From the NCBI GenBank assembly GCA_013178125.1, contig JABLXJ010000006.1, positions 156,631 through 220,630 of the forward strand: a stretch of DNA of 64,000 bases. The letters run 5' to 3'. The DNA is from Bacillota bacterium (GTDB lineage: Bacteria > Bacillota > SHA-98 > Ch115 > JABLXJ01). The translations under genes were made by a program, and so were the position numbers. Positions within the stretch are counted from its first letter, which is position 1, and the number at the start of each line of letters is the position of its first letter. The notes beneath the pieces are model-generated. The model was not told the origin of the DNA. It was given only the letters and a program-made list of their open reading frames with translations, and searched no databases. This document shows positions 9,392-19,294 of the stretch, one piece after another.

Positions 9392-9600
9392 GCGAACAGC
9401 GCGACCTCCATGACGGCGATTATAGTTACAGGTAGTAGTCTGCCCATATGCATCTATTTCATTACGCGACGCGTGACTCCTATGTGGCGTGGCGTGCAGG
9501 GATGGTAGGGTATCATGCAGGGGCGGCGCGCCCTATGGCCGCGTCCGCCGGGCGGAACAGAGGCGCGACGCCCGAGGCAAACCCCACAAGCGGCAAGTGT

Positions 9601-10869
9601 CTATAAGCACTTATCCAGCGCCGCCACAATCTCGTCCCTCACCCGCGCATCACCCTCTCTCCGATAACGCTCCTCGAGAGACCTCCTGCCCCTGGCCCCG
9701 CCAATGACCCCCAGCGACCAGGCAGCATGCCCCCGGATTACAGGCCTCGGATCATCCAGGCAGGCCTCCAAAACCGGGATCGCCAGGTCCACGGCGTGAT
9801 CGTCCATCAAGTTCCCCAGGGCGATTACGGCGTTGCGCTGCAGGATCGTCCTCCCTCTCCAGCCTGCTGCCGTAAGGCCATATGCCTCCTTGAATCTGGA
9901 GTTAGACACGGCTAAAACATCCAGGAGATCAGGGGCCACATCATCCCAACTCCGGGGCCGGAAGGCTGCAAGCCCGGCGGGGGCAACCCTCTTATTCCTC
10001 GGACAGACCTCCTGGCACGTATCGCACCCGTAAAGGCGGAACCCCATCTTCGGACGCATATCACGCGGTACAAAACCCCGCATCTGCGTGATATATGAAA
10101 GACATATGTTTGCATTGGTAACATAGGGACTGCGCGGGTCCAGGGCGCCCGTGGGACATGCCCTGAGACATATGTCGCACTCGCCACACCCATAACCGCC
10201 GTGCTCGTCGCGCCCACCTGTCGCTGGCACGGGAGAGCCGGGCCCGGTCGAGGGGGTATCAGGCTCGAGCTCCAGGTCCGTCAGGATCTCGCCAAGGAAA
10301 ACCCAGGAACCGTACCTTTGCGTGAATATGCTGCAGTTCTTTCCATACCAGCCCGTTCCCGCCCGCTGGGCTATAGCCCTATCTACCAGGGGGCCTGTAT
10401 CAACAAAACTTGCGAGCCGCACGGCCCGTGGAGCATTCTGGGCGAGGAAATCGCCGAGCCGCCGGAGGATATCCCTCACAACAACGTGATAATCTTTGCC
10501 CCACGCAGACATAGATATCCGCCCCTTCAGCTTCCCGCGCAGCTCCTCCCCGCCGCGACCAGGCTCCTTCTTACCCGGATCAGGCTCCTGCTCCTGCTTA
10601 GATGGGATCGCACCCAGAGGCGTGGCATATGGCACGGCAACGGCGATAATCGATCGCGTCCCGGGCATGACCCTACCTGGATCGCACCTCAGCTCTATAT
10701 CCTGTTCCTCGAATGGGGATCGATGGCCATCCCTCTCCCGTTCTCTCAATACCCTCTCCAGGTGCATGAAGGGCGAAGCGTCGGCAACCCCCACGATCTC
10801 AACGCCTATCGATCTCGCGAATTCCTTCAGCTTGTCCTTTAAAGGTATATAATTGAGGGCCAACTTCAC
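9601..10869 (-). CDS. queG: Epoxyqueuosine reductase QueG (4Fe-4S, cobalamin-dependent) with C-terminal HEAT-like repeats
   Basis: Contains DYH...VDTGP...GTGWYGKN motifs, two CxxCxxC...CP ferredoxin-type motifs and C-terminal HEAT-like repeats. Confidence 0.8.
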   Translation of the reverse strand: MKLALNYIPLKDKLKEFARSIGVEIVGVADASPFMHLERVLRERERDGHRSPFEEQDIELRCDPGRVMPGTRSIIAVAVPYATPLGAIPSKQEQEPDPGKKEPGRGGEELRGKLKGRISMSAWGKDYHVVVRDILRRLGDFLAQNAPRAVRLASFVDTGPLVDRAIAQRAGTGWYGKNCSIFTQRYGSWVFLGEILTDLELEPDTPSTGPGSPVPATGGRDEHGGYGCGECDICLRACPTGALDPRSPYVTNANICLSYITQMRGFVPRDMRPKMGFRLYGCDTCQEVCPRNKRVAPAGLAAFRPRSWDDVAPDLLDVLAVSNSRFKEAYGLTAAGWRGRTILQRNAVIALGNLMDDHAVDLAIPVLEACLDDPRPVIRGHAAWSLGVIGGARGRRSLEERYRREGDARVRDEIVAALDKCL

Positions 10870-11235
10870 GATTACCCTTCCCTCTCTTTCCCGTTCCCAG
10901 TTCCAATGCCGGCATCAAACCGCCGGACCGGGTCGAGCTTATTACTTCGCGATCATGCCATTTCAACGAGCGAGAGCGCCATCTCAAATGGTAACCCTCT
11001 TATCCAGGGGCGTCAACCCAGAAGGCGTCAACATGTAATAATTAGCCTTAGAAGGAATCGGGGGCCTGGATGTAGAAGAAATTTATGGCCGCATATTTAA
11101 CAGGCTCTGCGAATTTCTATTATGTGCAGCTCTACATTGATAACCTTAAATTGTTTGAAGGTCCTCTGCGGAATTGGTCGTTCTAGTTGGCGCCCGGGTT
11201 ACATATTTTTAGGACATGGCCAAGTTTTAGAAAGG

Positions 11236-11307
11236 GGGAGGAACCGTGCTGGAGTTGATTGGTCTCGTGGTCGTTGTATGGTTTATCATCCACCTGCTCG
11301 AGAAGAA
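11236..11307 (+). CDS. Possible 23-aa hydrophobic micro-protein (VLELIGLVVVVWFIIHLLEKNIK)
   Basis: GTG start 5 nt after a strong SD (AAAGGGGGAGG); a single TM-like peptide followed ~60 nt later by an intrinsic terminator. Speculative. Confidence 0.25.
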
Positions 11308-11368
11308 TATAAAATAAGGCGCAAACCGCAACCAGTCCGGACCGGAGAGGGACCGGACATTTGCTCAC

Positions 11369-11395
11369 GAGGGAGGCATTAAGCCTCCCTTTTTC
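11369..11395 (+). terminator. Rho-independent terminator (GGGAGGC-ATTAA-GCCTCCC followed by TTTTT)
   Basis: Perfect 7-bp GC stem, 5-nt loop and T5 tract within the AT-rich island. Confidence 0.45.
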
Positions 11396-11737
11396 GCCTT
11401 GCCGTTGCTCCCTCGCAGCGTGACCGGGGACGGCGCCGCCCTGGCGCGGCGCAAAGTAAACTGCAGCTGGAGGGATTTTCGGGGACAATCAAGAGGATTT
11501 CCATAGATGGATAGCGAATGATTTAGCGTAACATAGCCTGCATAGGAAACACTCGGGAGTAGTCCGCAGAGTATCCATAGGGAGTAACCCGGGGAAGCGA
11601 TAGAAGAGATAAAGGGAATCGTAGATAAAAAAAGAAACCATAGATTAGGTATAGAATAGGATAGATAGATCATGAATGGCCTGGGCGACCTGTCCTTGAA
11701 TACACCTCAAAGGTCAGAGGATGAGGGGGAGCGATGA

Positions 11738-12589
11738 GTGAAACCGATTCGCATAGTGACCGATAGCACCGCCTATCTACCCAAGGGCTGGCTGGAAGAC
11801 CATGGAGTGGCGGTTGTTCCCTTGCTGGTAAATATGAATTCCTCAACATACAGGGAGGGCTTCGATATCTCGAATAGCGAGTTTTACGCCAGGCTCAGGC
11901 AAGCCAAGGAGCCTCCCACGACATCCCAGCCGTCCGCCGGCGAATTCCTGGAGACATATAAGCATCTCATCGACGCCGGCGCGCAGACGATCATCTCGAT
12001 CCACATATCCGGCGGTATCAGCGGCACCGTCAATTCAGCCCAGGGTGCCGCTGGGATGCTCAGGGATGCCGATATCACCGTGATCGACTCGAGATCCACC
12101 GGCCCCGCCCTCGGCTTCATTGTCCAGGAAGCCGTGGCGCTCGTCGAGGCTGGCGCAGGCAAGGATGCCATCATGAAGCGGCTGGATTACCTCATCGACC
12201 ATATGCGCACGCTTTTCGTCGTAACGGACCTGATGTATCTCCACAAGGGCGGGCGCCTATCCGGCGCGCAGGCCATAATAGGGTCGATCCTGCAGATCAA
12301 ACCCGTCCTCCACTTCACCGGCGGGCGCATCGAGGTCCTGGAAAAGGTCAGGACCGAACGCCGCGCGCTCGAAAGGATAACAGATTTGATGCAGGCCGAG
12401 GGCGCCGGGGGCAGGCTCCCGACGCGACTTACTATCGCATACGCAGATAACCGGGATAAGGCAGATGGGGTCAGAAGAAGCCTTTTGGAACGGTTCCCCG
12501 GCCTCCAGGTCGAGAACGTTGAAATCGGCCCGGTCATTGCAACCCATGTGGGCCCGGGGCTCATTGGATTCCAGTTTTACTACGGCTAA
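11738..12589 (+). CDS. DegV-family fatty-acid-binding protein
   Basis: 283 aa beginning IRIVTDSTAYLP...; shows the DegV/EDD fold signature. Confidence 0.85.
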   Translation: MKPIRIVTDSTAYLPKGWLEDHGVAVVPLLVNMNSSTYREGFDISNSEFYARLRQAKEPPTTSQPSAGEFLETYKHLIDAGAQTIISIHISGGISGTVNSAQGAAGMLRDADITVIDSRSTGPALGFIVQEAVALVEAGAGKDAIMKRLDYLIDHMRTLFVVTDLMYLHKGGRLSGAQAIIGSILQIKPVLHFTGGRIEVLEKVRTERRALERITDLMQAEGAGGRLPTRLTIAYADNRDKADGVRRSLLERFPGLQVENVEIGPVIATHVGPGLIGFQFYYG

Positions 12590-12783
12590 GCTAAGTGTAA
12601 ACTCGAAGATTACCGCCACTTTTCCAGGAGTTACGGTGCTTGCGCGACGGGGCCTTTGAAATTTGGCAAGGCCCTCGCGCCAAATTTCAACGGAGGCGCG
12701 CCGCAAGCGCGCCGTCCCCGGAGCGCAACACCGTAAGTCCTGGGACGTGCTGGTAAAACTGGCATAAATTAAGGAACCTGCAC

Positions 12784-13899
12784 TTAGAATAGGATCTTCT
12801 GCCTCCTCATATAGACATTCAAAACGATGCCGATTGCAATGAGATCGGCGAGCATGGCGCTACCCCCATAGCTCAAAAAGGGAAGCGGTATCCCCGTCAC
12901 CGGCATGACGCTCATCGTCATGCCGATGTTTATCAACACGTGGAACAGCAACATCGAAGCCACCCCGGCGGCGAGCAGGGAGCCATACTTGTCCTTTGCT
13001 TGCCAGGAGGCCTGTAAGCAGCGCCAGATGATGAAGAGGTAAACCAGGAGAACGATGACTGCCCCGATGAATCCCAGTTCCTCGCCGACGACCGAAAAAA
13101 TAAAGTCCGTATGGTGGGCGGGAAGAAAATTGAGCTTGGCCTGCGTGCCCCCGAAGAGCCCCTTGCCGAAGAGCCGGCCTGAGCCAATCGCGATGGTCGA
13201 CTGGATGACATTATATCCATCCCCCATCGGGTCCCGGTATGGGTTGAGGAAGATCAATAGCCTGGCCCGCTGGTAGGGTTTTAAGAGGAAGAAGTATATA
13301 AAAGGTGAGAGAGCGCCTGTCCCTGCGGCTATCACAGCCAGGTCCCGCGTCCTGGCGCCGGCTATGTAGACCATGCCCAGGACGATGGCCGCAAACACCA
13401 GGACGGTCCCGAGATCGTTCTGCAATAGGATCAATGCCATGGGGATGCCCGCGTGGATGAAGGGGGGAATCAACCCTAGAAACGTATCGATATCATCCCT
13501 TTTCGCCAGGTGATCCGCCAGGGTTATTATCACGGCCACCTTGGCAAGCTCCGATGGTTGCAGAGCCAACGGCCCCAGCCTGAACCAGCTCTGGGCGCCC
13601 GAGACCCTTTGCCCTGCAATGAGGACGGCAGCCAGCAGCGCAATATTCCCGAGGTAGATTGGATTCCTTATGCGCTCGAGAAGCCGGTAATCGGTGCTGA
13701 GCATAAAGAGGACAGCCAGCACCCCCAGCACTGCCGCGAGCGCCTGCCTCTTCACAAAATAGAAGGGGTCTCCGAGGTTTTCGCCCCTGTTAGCACAGGT
13801 CGCGCTGTATATTATGATGATGCCGAAAACCACCAACGCGAGCGTGGCACATAATAGCCCATAATCGATGTTCTTTGCAAGACGCCTGTCAATTAGCAT
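12784..13899 (-). CDS. rodA: Rod shape-determining SEDS glycosyltransferase RodA (FtsW/RodA family)
   Basis: 371-aa polytopic membrane protein with FtsW/RodA motifs, located immediately after minCDE as in Clostridia. Confidence 0.85.
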   Translation of the reverse strand: MLIDRRLAKNIDYGLLCATLALVVFGIIIIYSATCANRGENLGDPFYFVKRQALAAVLGVLAVLFMLSTDYRLLERIRNPIYLGNIALLAAVLIAGQRVSGAQSWFRLGPLALQPSELAKVAVIITLADHLAKRDDIDTFLGLIPPFIHAGIPMALILLQNDLGTVLVFAAIVLGMVYIAGARTRDLAVIAAGTGALSPFIYFFLLKPYQRARLLIFLNPYRDPMGDGYNVIQSTIAIGSGRLFGKGLFGGTQAKLNFLPAHHTDFIFSVVGEELGFIGAVIVLLVYLFIIWRCLQASWQAKDKYGSLLAAGVASMLLFHVLINIGMTMSVMPVTGIPLPFLSYGGSAMLADLIAIGIVLNVYMRRQKILF

Positions 13900-13976
13900 A
13901 CCTTCGCGCCCCTGCAGCCTTTCGCCCGGGGGCGGCCTCCCGGATTAATAATTACCAGCCAGTCGCCTGGTAGCGT

Positions 13977-14264
13977 TCACCGCTCCCCGGCCGTCCTTTT
14001 CACGCAGATGACCGGGATGCTTGCAACCAAAGCCACCGAATCCCTGGACGAGTCCAGCTGGACGCTCGTTCCGGCCTCATCGATATCCATATATTTCGAG
14101 ATCACCTCTATGAGGTCCGACTTTAGGCTCTCGAAAACCTGGGGCGAGACGTCAGCCCTATCGTGGATCAACACAAGCCGGAGCCTTTCCCTTGCAAGAT
14201 CCTTACTGTGTATTTCCTCCTCTTTGGTGAAAAGACGACGCAGCAACTCAAACACCGAGAACAC
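13977..14264 (-). CDS. minE: Cell division topological specificity factor MinE
   Basis: LLRRLFTKEEEIHSKDLARERLRLVLIHDR... The more likely start is a GTG ~57 nt inside the track ORF, preceded by GGAGGA with 6-nt spacing. Confidence 0.8.
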   Translation of the reverse strand: MFSVFELLRRLFTKEEEIHSKDLARERLRLVLIHDRADVSPQVFESLKSDLIEVISKYMDIDEAGTSVQLDSSRDSVALVASIPVICVKRTAGER

Positions 14265-14336
14265 CGAGACTCCTCCTTCCGGGACTTGTAGCGCCCCCGT
14301 AACCACCTGTAGCCATCTCATCCCGGGGTTGCCTGA

Positions 14337-15137
14337 TTACCTGGCCAGGCCTATAAGGCGTTTTATACGAGAAATGAAGCCGTTGCTGGGCTCGAGCGGC
14401 ATGAAGGGAACCTCCTCGCCTTCCAGCCGCCTTGTTATATTGCGGAAAGCCTGGCCCGCCCTCGACGCGTCATCCAGGACGGCTGGCTCACCCCTATTGG
14501 TTGACACAACAATGCTTTCATCCTCCGGCACGATCCCCAAGAGCTCTATAGACAGGATATCCAGTACATCCCTGATGTCCAGCATATCACCCCGCCTGAC
14601 CATATCTATCTTTACCTTATTCACAATGAGCCTGGGGTCAGGCAGGCCTGACGCTTCGAGCAGGCCCACTATCCTATCCGCATCGCGAACCGCTGATACA
14701 TCCGGAGTCGTGACTATAATAGCCTTGTCAGCACCGGCGATCGCATTCTTGAAACCCCGTTCAATCCCTGCCGGGCAGTCGATCAATATATAATCAAAGT
14801 CCTTCTTCAACTCACTTAAGAGGGCCTTCATCTGGTCAGGGGTGACTGCATCCTTATCGCGGGATTGCGCCGCTGGCAGAAGAAAAAGATTATCAAATCG
14901 TTTATCGCGTATGAGCGCCTGCCTGGCCTTACATTTACCCTCCGTCACGTTGACTATATCATAGACAATCCTGTTTTCCAGCCCCATCACTATATCGAGG
15001 TTTCGCAGGCCTATATCCGCGTCGACCATGACCACCTGTTTGTCCAGCCTCGCCAGCCCCATCCCGAGATTCGCGACGGTCGTGGTCTTACCCACACCAC
15101 CTTTACCTGAAGTGATGACAAGTGCTTGCCCTTCCAT
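14337..15137 (-). CDS. minD: Septum site-determining ATPase MinD
   Basis: ALVITSGKGGVGKTT deviant Walker A. The start is taken at the internal ATG (M7), which has a GGGGAGG RBS. Confidence 0.9.
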   Translation of the reverse strand: MEGQALVITSGKGGVGKTTTVANLGMGLARLDKQVVMVDADIGLRNLDIVMGLENRIVYDIVNVTEGKCKARQALIRDKRFDNLFLLPAAQSRDKDAVTPDQMKALLSELKKDFDYILIDCPAGIERGFKNAIAGADKAIIVTTPDVSAVRDADRIVGLLEASGLPDPRLIVNKVKIDMVRRGDMLDIRDVLDILSIELLGIVPEDESIVVSTNRGEPAVLDDASRAGQAFRNITRRLEGEEVPFMPLEPSNGFISRIKRLIGLAR

Positions 15138-15182
15138 CCCATTACCTCCTCGCAACCTGCAGCTCCCGACCTGCAGCCCGGA

Positions 15183-15881
15183 CTAGAATTCCACCCTGCC
15201 GCCCGGCGTGAGATATGACTCTATGACGATCATACCATCGCGAATTCGCGCAACCTCGGGTACATTGGGGCCCTTGGCCCTTTCATCGGGGGCCCGGGCA
15301 ATTACATTCGCAACCCGGAGCTGGGTGGGGAGAAGCCTCAAAGCTACAACTATGGCGTCCTCGTTGCCCATCACCCCTGCATGAGCCACACCCCTCAGAG
15401 TCCCCATCACGATAATGTCACCGCCGGCGATAACCTCGGCGCCGGGGTTTACGTCCCCGAGCACTACAACATTACCGGAGTGGTTTATCCCCTGGCCCGA
15501 ACGCAGGGTCCTCTTGACGAGCAAGGTGTTCCCCGTAGCGATGTCAGAAGGGTCCTCAGCCCCATATGGCTGAGACTGCGACGGGGGCTGCGGCGGCATA
15601 GTGACATCTGCACCGCCAACGAGCCTGACCCCAAATGGCCCCACGATCTTGAGCACAGTGAGCCCGCGCCCCTCAATAATATCTATGAGCTCGGAGATCA
15701 TCTTCTCGCTTGCCCAGCGATCGCCCAGGTCAATAATGACGCGACCCCCAGCAAAAAAACGGCCTCTCCCGGCAAGCTTCTCGTTCAGGCGCCGCTTTAT
15801 TTCTTCAAACTCGCGCTCTTTGGGAATGACGATAAGCATTCCATCCCTGGTTCCCCTGAAAACTACATCGCCAACCCTCAT
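15183..15881 (-). CDS. minC: Septum site-determining protein MinC
   Basis: Contains a VVFRGTRDGMLIVIP N-domain and a C-terminal beta-helix (LRSGQGINHSGNVVVLGDVNPGAEVIAGGDIIVMG). The start is taken at M33, which has a GAGGT RBS. Confidence 0.8.
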   Translation of the reverse strand: MRVGDVVFRGTRDGMLIVIPKEREFEEIKRRLNEKLAGRGRFFAGGRVIIDLGDRWASEKMISELIDIIEGRGLTVLKIVGPFGVRLVGGADVTMPPQPPSQSQPYGAEDPSDIATGNTLLVKRTLRSGQGINHSGNVVVLGDVNPGAEVIAGGDIIVMGTLRGVAHAGVMGNEDAIVVALRLLPTQLRVANVIARAPDERAKGPNVPEVARIRDGMIVIESYLTPGGRVEF

Positions 15882-16005
15882 AGTATATACCTCAGCTTCA
15901 CGTACCCCAGCTCTACATATGGTCAAATATGTATATTGAACTTCATGTTGAACTTCGTGAACTTCAAAAGTGGCCAAAAGCCATAGGAAGGCACTACGAT
16001 AGAGA

Positions 16006-17925
16006 TTAATTCACCACGCCCTGTCCGAATCCTTCATTCGTCCCAATTTTTTCGTCAATATTCGCCTTCTGGTTGCTTTTTTCTTCATCCCCGGCCCTGG
16101 ACTTGAAATAGGCATCAAGCACCTTTCGTGCCACAGGGGCGGCTGCCAGAGACCCTGAAGTCCCGTGTTCGACAAAGACGAGAACCACGATCTCCGGCTT
16201 GTCAACCGGTGCGAAGGCGGCAAACCAACCATGGCTGTCATGGGGCGGGTTTTCAGCAGTGCCCGTCTTGCCTGCCACCGGGATCGGAAAACCTCGAAAG
16301 GAGCCGGCGGCGGTTCCCTTCTCCACCACCGCTGTCAGCCCTTCCTTCATCACCGCAAGGGTCGAGTCCGATATATTTACATGGCCGGTAACCTCCGGCC
16401 CGAATGACTTTAATACCCTCCCCTCGGGCGATAGAATTTCCCGTACAACAAAGGGCTTGTAGAAGGTCCCCCCATTCGCAATGGCCACGTACACCTCCCC
16501 AAGCTGCAAGGGTGTCACGCTCAGCGCCCCCTGCCCGATGGCGACGTCAAGCGTTTCAATTGGGTACCATTTCCGATTAGACCCCTTGAAGTTTCGCCTC
16601 TTCCATTCCCGGTCCGGCACAAGGCCCACCCTCTCCCCCGGGGGCAATTGGATGCCTGTAGGGGCCCCGAGGCCAAAGCGCCTGGCCCAGGTCGACAGCG
16701 AATCAATCCCCACACGCCTCCCGAGTTCATAGAATACTATGTTGCATGAGTTCTGAATCCCCCCGACAAGGTTCAACCGCCCGTGCCCGCGATGCCTGCT
16801 CGACCAGATCCAGCATGCCTTCTTTGATATGGGGTCGCGCCCTGTGCATAAAAATTCGTCGTCGGGGGTGACCTTCTTATCCTCAAGGGCGGCAATGGCC
16901 GTGATGACTTTGAAGGTCGAGCCAGGGGGGTAGGTGGCGCTGATCACCCTGTTAGTCAGGGGGTTAAGCGGGTTATTTAGTTCCTTCCAGCGTTCGGGGG
17001 TAATACCGCCAACAAAGTAGTTGGGGTCATAGCCTGGCTTGCTCACCATGGCCAGGATTTCGCCGTTTCGCGGGTCAATCGCGATTACAGCCCCTGCACG
17101 CGCGTTCTTCGTCTTCTGGGATTTCGAGAGCAGCTCCAATTCCTCGCTCAGGGCGCGCTCCGCGGCCGCCTGAACCGTCCCGTCGATTGTCAGGACTATA
17201 TCATCGCCTGGCACCGGGTCCTTTGATCCCAGTACCCTTATGGGCCTTCCAAGGCTGTTGACCTCAACCTGTTCGCCACCATCCTCGCCATGCAGGAATT
17301 CTTCATACATCTTTTCAAGCCCGGTCTTGCCCACAATATCGCCAGGGCGGTACCCCCTGTCCTGGCGCCTCTTCAGCTCATCGAGGTCGATTTCGCCTAT
17401 ATACCCAAACAGGTGAGCGGCAAATTCCCCATTGATGTAGTTGCGGACGGGGATCTCCTCTATCATGACCCCGGGCAGGTCCAGGCGGTGCTCCTCGATC
17501 TCGATGACGGTGCGGGGGTCCACGTTGGTCTGTATCCTGACGGGCTCGAAAGGGCGGCGGCCTGGGGCCTTGATCTTATCGAGAATCACCTTCTCGTCGA
17601 TGCCAAGTATTTTGGCCAGCTTCCCTGCAACACTCCCGATCTCCGGCGTTACCTGGGGGATGATTGACACACTAAAGGCCATCCGGCTCCCAACGAGCAG
17701 GACCCCATTCCGGTCCAGGAACCTGCCGCGTGGCGCCATGACCCGTATCAGGCGCACCCTGTTCCCCTCGGCCAGTGTAGCATATGAGTCCCCCTTGATG
17801 ATCTGGAGCTGCCACAGCCTCACCGCAAGCAAGATAAATATAACTGCGATAACCACGCTAAAGGCCCTATATCTACTTTCAAGCTCCTTGGGGGCCAACG
17901 TTGAAGCCACCTCCGGGAAAGGCAA
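16006..17925 (-). CDS. mrdA: Penicillin-binding protein 2 (elongasome transpeptidase)
   Basis: 639 aa with an N-terminal TM anchor, a dimerisation domain, and SxxK, SxN and KTG(T) transpeptidase motifs. It sits between mreD and minC. Confidence 0.85.
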   Translation of the reverse strand: MPFPEVASTLAPKELESRYRAFSVVIAVIFILLAVRLWQLQIIKGDSYATLAEGNRVRLIRVMAPRGRFLDRNGVLLVGSRMAFSVSIIPQVTPEIGSVAGKLAKILGIDEKVILDKIKAPGRRPFEPVRIQTNVDPRTVIEIEEHRLDLPGVMIEEIPVRNYINGEFAAHLFGYIGEIDLDELKRRQDRGYRPGDIVGKTGLEKMYEEFLHGEDGGEQVEVNSLGRPIRVLGSKDPVPGDDIVLTIDGTVQAAAERALSEELELLSKSQKTKNARAGAVIAIDPRNGEILAMVSKPGYDPNYFVGGITPERWKELNNPLNPLTNRVISATYPPGSTFKVITAIAALEDKKVTPDDEFLCTGRDPISKKACWIWSSRHRGHGRLNLVGGIQNSCNIVFYELGRRVGIDSLSTWARRFGLGAPTGIQLPPGERVGLVPDREWKRRNFKGSNRKWYPIETLDVAIGQGALSVTPLQLGEVYVAIANGGTFYKPFVVREILSPEGRVLKSFGPEVTGHVNISDSTLAVMKEGLTAVVEKGTAAGSFRGFPIPVAGKTGTAENPPHDSHGWFAAFAPVDKPEIVVLVFVEHGTSGSLAAAPVARKVLDAYFKSRAGDEEKSNQKANIDEKIGTNEGFGQGVVN

Positions 17926-17958
17926 TGGGAACGCCCTGGAAGCTACCCAAATGCTACG

Positions 17959-18471
17959 TCAAATGCTACGGTATTTGGGAAGCCTCTCCTGCCCCAAATA
18001 CTGGTTCAGCCTGCACGCCAGTCTATACAGGACACCGGCAATTATCACGTCGACGACCGCCCGGGGAATGATTATATGTCTCAGGCTTGCCATGAAGTCA
18101 CCCAACAGGCCGAATGAACTGCCAACTCCAAAATATATGACCCCATCCACCAGGGCTCCGACAAAGACGAAAACCAGGGGCACAATAGGATTCCCCTTAA
18201 ACACCTTCTCCTCTATGGATCCAATTATATAGCCTACAATCATTTTTGAGAGGCCGGAAAGCCCCAGAGCGCGCCCCGTCACCGCATCCTCTAGGAGGCC
18301 ACCCGCCAGACCAACGAGAGCCCCCCATGTACGGCCGCGAAAAAACCCAGCCAGGGCGGCGGCTATCAGGGTAAGGCTGGGAGCCGCGCCAGAAAAGGGC
18401 AGGTACGGAAAAAATGCGGCCTCTAGCACCACGCACGCCGCAAGGATCAGGAAGATAAGCAAGGCCTTCAT
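17959..18471 (-). CDS. mreD: Rod shape-determining protein MreD
   Basis: 170-aa polytopic membrane protein directly downstream of mreC. Confidence 0.7.
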   Translation of the reverse strand: MKALLIFLILAACVVLEAAFFPYLPFSGAAPSLTLIAAALAGFFRGRTWGALVGLAGGLLEDAVTGRALGLSGLSKMIVGYIIGSIEEKVFKGNPIVPLVFVFVGALVDGVIYFGVGSSFGLLGDFMASLRHIIIPRAVVDVIIAGVLYRLACRLNQYLGQERLPKYRSI

Positions 18472-19289
18472 TTGCCTGTAATCACCAGAACCTCCTCGAG
18501 CTTGGCGAAATCAACAACAGGCTCAGCTATAGCCCTCTTGGATACCCGGTACTTCCCCTCGGAGATCGACCTAATTCTGCCGATCATTATCCCCTTGGGG
18601 AAGATGCCTCCATACCCGGAGGAAATGATGCTGTCCCCTGCCTTCATATCAACTTCGGACGTGAGCGCCTTCACGGACAGAAATCCCGGATCTATCGCCT
18701 GGCCTTCGACGAGCACCAGATCCCTCGATCTCGCAAGCACTCCCCCCACAGCGCTCTTGGGGTCCGTTATCAAGAGAACCGTCGCCGTGCTGTTGGTCGC
18801 CGAGATTATCCGGCCCACAAGGCCCTCAAAGGTGACCACGGGCATATTCCGCCTTATGCCATGCTTCCTCCCCTTGTTGATTATGAGGACCGAGAGCCAG
18901 TTCGCCGGATCACGGCCTATCACCCGGGCGGCCATCATCTTGTAAGGAGTCTGGGCCTCAAAATCGAGAAGCTTCCGCAGCCTTTCGTTCTCCCTCTGGT
19001 ACTCCTCGAGTTGGAGGATCTGAGCCTGCAGCTGAGCTACCTCCAGGCGGAGATGCTCGTTCTCGGCCCGGAGAGATCCAGAATGGAGCAACGCCCCTAT
19101 AGCATCCCTGCACCCCCGGGTGGACTCCGCGACAAACGAGATCATGGGTGCCAGCGCATCCCTCAGGACATACTCCACACCCGTCAGCCTGGCGCGATCA
19201 CGCGATGTTACAAAGATCAAGGAAATGAGAGCAAGGATAACAAAGATGCCCCCCAGGACCTTCCTATTCGTAAAGACCTCGCGCCTCAC
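18468..19289 (-). CDS. mreC: Rod shape-determining protein MreC
   Basis: 273 aa with an N-terminal TM segment, a coiled-coil and a beta-rich C-terminal domain; its stop overlaps the mreD start. Confidence 0.85.
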   Translation of the reverse strand: MRREVFTNRKVLGGIFVILALISLIFVTSRDRARLTGVEYVLRDALAPMISFVAESTRGCRDAIGALLHSGSLRAENEHLRLEVAQLQAQILQLEEYQRENERLRKLLDFEAQTPYKMMAARVIGRDPANWLSVLIINKGRKHGIRRNMPVVTFEGLVGRIISATNSTATVLLITDPKSAVGGVLARSRDLVLVEGQAIDPGFLSVKALTSEVDMKAGDSIISSGYGGIFPKGIMIGRIRSISEGKYRVSKRAIAEPVVDFAKLEEVLVITGK

Positions 19290-19294
19290 CGAAC

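Noticed and set aside
11365-11673. 102-aa minus-strand ORF spanning the ATAG-repeat island
   Set aside because: It reads through low-complexity repeat DNA, has no RBS, and its composition is driven by the repeats.
12590-12783. Two inverted repeats between convergent degV and rodA (TTGAAATTTGGC...GCCAAATTTCAA with a 10-nt spacer; GGCGCGC-cgcaa-GCGCGCC)
   Set aside because: Neither is followed by a T-tract on either strand, so they are not confidently intrinsic terminators. They may still be structural or regulatory.
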